From Amoebophrya sp. A120 (taxonomy: Eukaryota; Protista; Dinoflagellata), in assembly GCA_905178155.1 (NCBI GenBank), contig CAJINV010000037.1:47274-72933 (forward strand): a stretch of 25,660 bases of DNA, in the 5' to 3' direction. How positions within the stretch are numbered: the stretch's first letter is position 1; each line of letters starts with the position of its first letter. The notes beneath the pieces were generated by a model that saw nothing but the letters and a program-made list of their open reading frames with translations, was not told where the DNA came from and did not search any database. The translations under genes were made by a program, and so were the position numbers. Shown here piece after piece: positions 12,201 through 21,200 of this stretch.

Positions 12201-15200
12201 CAGAAAAAACAGGTTTTTGGTGAACGCGCATGACAGACTTGAGAGTCCTGGTAGCCTAGCATGACAAACCTTGCATTTTTCCAGACCCAGACATTTTTGC
12301 ATTTGATAAGTGCTATTCGAGGTTAAATTCCTGCAATCCTGATACCCGGTTGTGATCATGGTGAGTAAATGCGCTTCCGCGGCGGATTTTTGTGTCGGCG
12401 TCAGCGCAGCAACGCCTGCAGTTGCATTCGGACCTGAAGACGAAGACCCGCCACCTCCTACCCGGATTTTGAAAACCACTTTGCTCCCTGCTGCGGTCTT
12501 CGCCGCCGCTTTCGGCGGAACGCCGTTGACTAAGAGTAGATTGTTGCCAGCAACTATCCAACAAAAAAACATTGTAGGTGTAACTTTTTTGGAGGAACAG
12601 CATTACAAATTTGTCTGGCATGACAGCAAAAACCTGTCATGCGCAGATAGTACGTGAAAACGCCTTTTAATGGACCCTACCATGCATGCTAAGCATGACA
12701 GACGCAATCATCTCGCATGTTGCGCATCACAAATTTACACTAACAACGTTTTTTTCTTGGATAGCAACGCCGATGTTTGGGTGTGCGATTTCTTCCTCCC
12801 AGCAGGCATTGACCATATTATCGCTGTTATTTCCAGCACTCGTGTCTGCGAAGTAATCCAACTCCGCACTGAAGCCTTCTATTGCCATCTGCGCTCTTCT
12901 CGTTTTCTGGTGAAAATCAAAAAACTTCGTCCTGCTGGTGATGGAAGTGTCGCAGGGCTTGAACCCCCGGACAAGATTGTCCTTCCAACAGGGATATCAA
13001 GTGTAAAAGTGTCTGGGTCTGGAAGATTCTGAGACTTGTGATGCACGTTTTGCGTGAGCCATGATGTCTGTGCTGCATGCCCTAGCATCACAGATTTTGT
13101 GAGGGCATCTTGATGCCTATTCCGCATGACAGATGCCCTCTTCCCGTAGCATAAATCACATTCCCTCATTTGCTGCTCATGCAATACAGTTTTTTTTGGA
13201 ATCCAAAAGCAGCATCACAAGTTGCATTCTTCCAGACCCAAACATATTTGCAGTTCATAAGGGACCGGAGCACTGTTTTGGCGACTTGATGAAAACTTTG
13301 CGGTACTTGGAAGGCGGAGAAGGCACAGCAGCAGCTTCTGATGTAGTTCCATTGGTGGCATTTGTACTATCAGCGCCGCTGCTGTTACGTCCGTTTGAAC
13401 CGTTTGTCGTGGTGTTCTGTGTTCCCATGACCGTGGTCAGATCGTCGTCATCGTCGAAGAAGAATCTGCTGCTGTTGCTCTGGTTTGAAGTGTTGGTCAC
13501 GTTGGGCTGCATCGTATCTGCAGCTTGTTCGGGGAACACTTTCTCGTCCGCCCAAGTCCAACAGACCTCTGCGTTCAACTCGGTGAAGTTGCTGCACTGT
13601 TTGATCGCGAACTGTTTTTCCAAATCTTTGATGCAGTAGTCTTTGTTCGAAGCCGAACTGTCGCAATCCTTGACATCCAACACGTTGGAAATCAGCAAAT
13701 CGTGCCAATCGTAGCTGTAAGTCGCAACAGTTGGAACTGGTACTGTGGGAGAAACAATCGTCACCGGGTAGTCTTCCTGCCCGTGCCAACAGGGGAGGTT
13801 GTTCGCTAAAGGCCCTGTATTTGCCATGCTAGCTGACGTATCAGAACTGTCCTGCTCGCACTTCAACAGCCGGAACTGTACGTGCTTCTGCTATGACAGT
13901 GCACAACTCCCCTTCCCCCTCGTTGTCATGCAAAATCCCAAATCCAGTCGCTGCCTCGTGGCACTGTTTGCATGACAAATTGCGGAAGCCCAAATAGTAC
14001 TTCATTAGGCACTTAAACTTGTCACGCACAGTTCATGCCATACAAATGACGGGGAGGGGCAGTGGTGCACTCGCATATCTGCCACTTGCAATCCTTCAAA
14101 GGCTCACGCGGATAGCTGTTCTTCAGACAGCAGTCCAAATACCGGTTTTCGTGACAAATGCTGTCGGAAAAGCAGGTCGGGCGGTCAGATGTTAAGTCTA
14201 CTGAGTGCGCGGTCTGGCAGTCAAAGGGGCCGAGAATGCGGAGGGTGGTGAGGTTCCTGGGCTCGGGCGGAGGCGTAGTTGTAGCCGATGTGCTGGACGA
14301 TGTTGCTGTGCTGTCTCCTCCACCAACACCAGGACCCGCTGTCGTTCCATTAGACTGATTCGTCTGTGAACTTGTGTTGCTGGAGTGCGAATGCTGGTGA
14401 CCTCCACCGGTGGTTGCGGTGGTTCCATTTGCGTCCCCACCCGCGGTAGAATTTTCCGTCGTGGTATTCGACTCGTTCCCACTGCTGCTTGCATTGTAAC
14501 TGCTACCCCCAGGAGATGAGCCACCACCCATGTGCGAGCTCAACTCCCGGTGCGGAGAACCAGACGACGAACTGGACTGATTCCCAGCACTCGAGTTGTT
14601 CGTGTCGTTCCCGCTAGACTGTGACGCACCTCCAGTCGCATTCGTCGCGTTATTGTTCTGCCCAGTAGCGTTGTATCAAATGCAAAAATGTCTGGGTCTG
14701 GAAGAGCGTAAACTTGTCATGCAGGTTTTCCATGACCCATGAGGTCTGGAATGCGGGACCTAGCATGACAGACTCTGTGAGGTCTCTGCCATGCCTATCC
14801 TGCATGAGAAACTGCCACCCCAATTGGTCGAAAGTGGGCAGCTTTTGGCACTCATGCAACACAGATTTTTGCATGATTCGGATTTAGCATGACAAGTTGC
14901 AACCTTCCAGACCCAGACATTTTTGCAATCCATACGTTGTTCGCCCCTGAAGCTGCGCCACCCCCACCGCCCGGCAAGAATTCCGGCACCAAACCATACT
15001 CCATGCTGTGATTCGTATCAAATGCAAATATGTCTGGGTCTGGAAACTTGTAATGCTGAGTTGTGAATAGTGAATTCCCTGTAATGCAAAGCCAAGCATG
15101 AGACGCATTTGCGCTGCTTAGTGTTGCGCTTTGCGCATGACAAACTGCGTTTCGCATGCCAAGACAAAGCGTCTCTTCTCGGACACGCATCACAAACTCT

Positions 15201-18200
15201 TCAGTCATACCGGACAAGCATGACAAACCTTGCATCCTTCCAGACCCAGACATATTTGCAACGCATAATTCGTTTGAAACATCAACATCTCCTTCACCGC
15301 CACTGGGTTTTCCACATGATAACACACGTGGTACACATTCGGTTTATGCGGCCTGTAGACCGGCCGAAACGCCGTGCAGCAGTGGATTGGCTCTGGGATG
15401 AATTCCGGCGGACACTGCTGTGTGGTAAGTTGGCCTTGATTCTGTCCCTGATTCGCAGTGTTACTTTGTTGGTGGGAGGCGTGGTGCTGTTGGTTTTGGG
15501 TCGACGAGGAATCAGACGCGTTCTTGCTCGTGGTGTTTACACCATCGTCGTCATCGAAGACAGAAGTCCCGGTATTGTTACTGCCATTTGATGTCGTGTT
15601 GGTTCCATTTGTAGTTGCATTCGTGCTGTTCGTACTTGATGTTCCGTTCGTCTCATTGTCCCCATCTTCTCCGCTGCCGACGTGCATGTGCAATAAACGG
15701 TTGATCACAGAAGAGCCCAGCTCAGATGAGCCGCTAGAGGTCCCGTCAAAGCCAACTTCCTGCTCTTGCAGCAGCCGGGAAGAACCAGCAGAAGATCCAG
15801 CACCCGCCCCTGCTGATCCAGCAGAACTCGTCGTCCCACAAGTCGGATCATAAGCCGGGTTCGAAACCTGTTTCATCTGACTGGTGACTTCGCACCGGAC
15901 TTCCCTGGTTGTTTTGCTGCTTCTCCTGTAGTAGACCGTGCCCACTTGGTTCATATTTCCCGTTGTTCCTGCTTCTTGCTCAATTTCGTCGTACTCTGCT
16001 GTTAATTCTCCGAAGGAAACTTGCTGCTCCGGCCCCATAACTTCACATACCTGCTCGGCATCGTACTCTACCCTCGCGTCGCACTTGTCCATTTCCGCAT
16101 TGTAGAACCACTTGTCCAGAATCCGGAAAGAGCTGTTTTGAACCACTTCCAAATAGTTCCCCCGCTGCAAGAAATTGTCGTAGTCTTCCAAATTGTGAAA
16201 AACCACTTCCCCAGATTTCTCACTGGTCCAGCAAAATTTGTCGAAATGAGAAAACCCGTTGTTGGACTGGTACCCCCGGGGGCCCGTTGTCCAGATGTTG
16301 GTATTTGGGAGACCAGAACGGAAAGAAGTTTTATCACATTCCTGATACCCCCGGACGATGTGGTCCTTCCAACAGGGGCGAGTGCAGTTGAGTGGAGATT
16401 CCAGGCGGACGGCGGGGACAGTTTGATTCTGAAAACCCGCTGCAGAGGACACGCTGTTCGTGATGTTCTGACCATCAGACGTTTTATCCTCAACTTGCAA
16501 CGGGACGAAGCAAACGGAGAAGTTGGAGTGTATCGAATTCTCCCTGTCACACTTCACGATGCTCGGGTACATGGTTGTTAAGTCATTTGTGCAGAAGGAA
16601 TCTGGATCAGCCGGGCACTGCTTCGGCGGCGACGTCGCGACGGCAGTTAAGGTATTGGAGGAAGTTGTAGCGACTGCTGTAGTATTTTCTGTGTCGTTCA
16701 TTCCAGACGAGTTAGATTCTGATCCGTTTACCATAGCACCGTCCGCGCTGTCGTCACTTGTGCCGTTTGTCCCGTTAGTATCCTCAGTACTGCTACTCAC
16801 AGCGAGTACCGGTTCATGCACGTTCAACACCACTAAACTCAAACTATCGAACGGATTTTCCACGTAGCACGGCCTGGGCTTCGCGACAACAGGAACGTCC
16901 ACTTGCGGTGGTCGGCCGCCGCAAAAGAGCTGCTGCTGGTCGCAAGTTGTCGTGTTTGGATCAAAAAAATCGGAAGCCAAACTGTAGTTGCTCGTGCAAT
17001 TCGCGATTAAGGGGCTCGAAGTTGAACCGCTGCTATCGGTCGCATTCATCCCTGATGTTCCCGCAGGAACAACAACACTGCTCCCACTCGTCCCAAACAC
17101 CTTCGCGGGTTCGTTTACCGGGATTAGTGAAGCCGATTCCAACTCCACTACTTCCACCGGCTGCGCACGGAACTTGATCGGGACATATGGGTAGTGATCA
17201 GTCAAAACATAGGCATACCCAGTGATTTCCTCATTTGTGATCCCGTCAAAAAACCCCTTCCCGGTGAAGTTAAACCCGTTCGCCTCGTCCAAAGCACAGG
17301 GGTAGGGGGGTTCTACTTGGGTGATTTCTTGCTCGTCAGAGGTCGCGTTTGTGAAATTTGTCACGTTCGGATCGAAACCGTCATCGCTCGCATTGGACAC
17401 ATTCGTAGTGTTGATATCATAATCTTCGTCATAGCCCGTTATGGCGTTCTCAACTGTTACATTCTTAACTGTTACATGAATTTGTCATGCAAAAACACTA
17501 TCACTATTCACACGATCAAGCCTTCTTTGCATGACAACTTCTCGACGCGCTAAGTAGCACTATAATCCGTCCCAAATCTGTAATGCAAAAGGCCCAATCT
17601 TCCTCCTTTCACTTTTGCCTTTCTTGCATTACAAATTCGTGTAACAGATGAGAATGTAACATTTGAGAACGCCATACCCGTTCCCGTCCCATTCGACGTT
17701 TGATTCGCTGTCCCGTTCGTCCCATTCTGGTCAAAATCCTCGTCAAACGGCCCGCCAGAGGCTGTTCCGTTTGTCGTGGTATTATCCTCTGTCTCATTTG
17801 AGGAGTTCGTATTGTTTGTCCCGTGCATAGCAAGCTGCCTCACCCTGTGTCTCCTATCCCTTTCCTTCGCGACTAACTCTTTTGCGTGTAACATCCTCTG
17901 GTTTAGCATGCTGGGCGCGACTAGTTCGAAGTCCATGGTGTCGTCGCCTAGAATCGACATGGCGTTCCCGTCGTCCTCATCGTAGAAAGCCGCGACGTAT
18001 TTCGGTGCATAGGGAGCTGCAGCAGAGCTCGTCTTTGCTGAGTGTTTTGCTGCAGATGTAGCTTGGAAGTCAACACTCGGAGCAGAACTGGTTGCCGCTG
18101 CGGCTGCCGTTTTACCAGCTGCCTTCGGCGTGACGGGAACAGCCGACCTACTGTACACCGCCATCGCCTGCGGCTCGTCTGTCCCGTCGTACTGGCTAGC

Positions 18201-21200
18201 CACTCCATTCCCGCCTACAAACCGATAGTCAAAAACCGAAACAGGCTGCAGCGCGATTTCCGGCGTCGACCCGTTCTCCGGGACTTGACCATTGATCGTG
18301 AAGTTCAATTCCCCTGTTGCTGCGTTCTGTAAATAGTCGTCATTTGGCTTGTAACAGCTTGTCAAATTCCGACAAGGAGAATAAATCGGAATCCCGTCGC
18401 GCGCGTAGCCGATCAGGCTGCAAGGAGGCACCACAGAAGTAGTAATATCGGTTTGCACGACAGTTTGTTCCACCGCACAGCTGCTCATGGAGTACGACAA
18501 GCAACTCTCACGGAACGCGTGGACGTGGTACCGACAGTAGTCGTCCGCATGCCCCAAGTATGAAATGCAAAAGCATCGCACTCGTATCTATAAATGCATT
18601 ACAAACTTCCTCAGCATGAGAAATAAAATTTGCATATGGAGATTTACCTTGAAAAAAAGATTTGTATTGCAGGGTTTGAATACGAGTACGATACTTTTGC
18701 ACAGGATACCAAGCATTCGTCCACGATGTTCCGCTTTTGAAAAGTCGCGACGTTGTTCTCTGTAGTTGACGGGCTATTTGTCATGCTGTCCGCACTAGAA
18801 GATGTCACAACAGCTAAGTGGTTGTACAAGAACGCTCCAGTTCTTAAAACCCCAATGATCTCATCCGGTTTTGTCAAATTACTGAACTTCGGAACGATTC
18901 TCGTCAACTGCTGCGTCTCATTCACCGTTTCATTCGCAAAAAGCCCGAAGTTTTCGTTCAAAATTGTTTGCTCCGACAAAACCTCCATTTCGAATTCCAA
19001 CACCGGATCTGCTGGCAATCGCAATTCCACTGGGTATTCGCACACTTGGTTCAGCTTTGTTGGTGTCGATAAGAAGTTCTGCTCCTGCAACACCCCTCCA
19101 GCATGGAACGGGTGATTCGGCACGCCGGTGGTTTTGATCAGTCTTGTTTGATTTCCACTGTCCAGCTCCTCCGAATACCTGGACTGGACGTCGTTGCCGC
19201 ATTTCTTCGTTGTGGCAGTGTTTATTTCCATGGGTGTGCAGGCCTGTAATTTCGCTGCTTCACTCCCTGTCAAGAATTTCGACTGCTCTACCAATTGCTC
19301 CGCTTTATCAAATCCACATTTCCCAAACCGGTTTTCAACCCTGTCCGCCCACTGACATATCAAAAGGAAAAATCCCCCCTCCCCATATCGAAAAGGTGCA
19401 ACGTCTCAGAAAATTTGTAATGCTGATTTGTGGCCACGAGCTCTGTCTTGCAAGAACGCAACTCAACAGACTCCGCTGCATTCTGCAGGCGGTTTGTCGT
19501 GCTGTTGTCCCTACAGAGTAGACCTTTGCCATGCTCAGCGCCTAGCCCAAAACCTCGCTGCTCAGGCTTAGCATAGGCCTGCAGTCCTCTCCAGCAAGAC
19601 AAATTTGATTTGTGTACGCAAATCCAGCATCAGAAACTGCGTTTTGATATGGGGAGGGGGGATTTCTCCTTTTGATATGACACCCCGCAATTTCTTCGGC
19701 ATTCGGCCAGCACGTGAGGCAGCAATCCAAGTGTCTGGTGGATTCGCAGGACAGTTTGTCACAGGAGCACTTTTCGTTTCTGTTACTGTAGTTGCACTTG
19801 TTACTCCCACCGTAGAAAATCAGCTTGTTTTCGGATATTGAAATAACCGGCGATGAAGTTCTTCCTTGCATCATCTCTACATACGCCTGGACAAACTGCT
19901 GGCCTGTCATGCCAAACTGTATTGAAGGACTTTCTGCGACTTCCAGCAAGCAGCTCCCGCCCATCAGCTTCGTGTGCCTTTCGAAGAAACTTGTCAAGTT
20001 CGTTAAGTCGTAAGTCGCTAAAATGTAAGCGTCTAGGAAGGAGTCGAACGTGAAGTTCTGCGGACCAACGAGCGAACTTGCGTTGTGAATCAAATCCACC
20101 AAAAAACCACTGTTGGAGAAGTTGCCAGTCTTGCTTATCGCGTCTTCGCGTAAGAAGGGCATGCAGGAGACCTATCAACTGCAAATATGTCTGGGTCTGG
20201 AAGGATGCAACTTGTCTTTGTCATGCTACCTTTCAACTCTACATAAAACCTGTATTGCATGAACAGCAAAAGAGGTCCAGTTTTTGCAAAACGAAGGGGG
20301 CATTTCTCATGCGGCCTGAGCATCAGAAAGCTCTCGCAGAATGTGTGATGCTCGGGCATGCGTCACAGACTTCATGGGTCATGGAAAATATGCATGACAA
20401 ACTTGGTCCTTTTCCAGGCCTAGACATATTTGCAATGCATAAGACCGCGTTAGTCGCGATGATCATGGGAAACTCTCCACCGGCGATGAGGGACGCAGGA
20501 CCACCTGGCGAAGCAGAAGTTGTAGCAGGGCTAGAACCTGAACTCGGGGTAGAAGCCGTGGTAGTTGCTGTTGTAATCTGTGGCTTGAGGTAGTCCGGCA
20601 CAAATGGATCGACTTCTGCAACAGAAGAAGAAGACGCATTGCCACTTGAAGCCGATGCTGAGCCTGCTCCTCCTTCCTGTAGCAACCGCGGCACTTCCGC
20701 TCGGCCGCTGACCATGTAGTCTCTGTTCACCACGTGCCCGTGGTGCGAGTAGTTGTACGGCGGGAGGAATGTCCCGAACTCCTGGTTGAAACCTGGGGAA
20801 GCAATCGCTTCCGCCATTTTTCCGGTTCTGTAGTTTTCAAACACGATGAAATTTGTCATGCTATTTCCACCCGCCCCTTGCCTCAAATGCTCGTAGTGCG
20901 CATTTCTCAAATCTCTAAAACACCCCCGCCTGTTGTTCTTCGTCATCAGGGCTTCGAAGCTGACATTCGGCTGCAAGAACTCCACAGGGTCGACGACAGA
21001 ATCGCACTCGTGAAACCCGCGGGTCAGGTCGGTCTCCCAACAATTCATCTCACAGTGAGACGGCGTACGCAAAACGATCCGGTTCCAGGGGCGGCGGACG
21101 GTTTTGGTCAAGTGAAGTTTGGTTTTTGGTTCAACTGTCGGATCGATGGTTGTGGTGGTTGTCATGGAACTCTGTCCGCCAGAACTACTCACGTTGCTTC

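Larger units (their letters stand above)
17150..19210 (-). other. YHYH-like domain 1 (variant YHVH), split by two elements and a long low-complexity insertion
   Basis: Motifs IKTTGVPNHPFH, ELRLPADP, IIGVLRTGAFLYN, DECLGH-x5-YHVH, LIGYARDGIPIY, LDEANG, YAYVLTDHYPY match the YHYH family pattern as I recall it; no profile search was run. Confidence 0.75.

Noticed and set aside
579-13184. Recurrent short ORFs such as MRYRHQEAL..SVMLGHASQT (579+, 5528+, 6800-, 8922-, 12879-) that look like a small gene family or transposase
   Set aside because: They are translations of family-A element interiors. Starts, stops and frames differ between copies, they are too short, and no DDE motif is visible.
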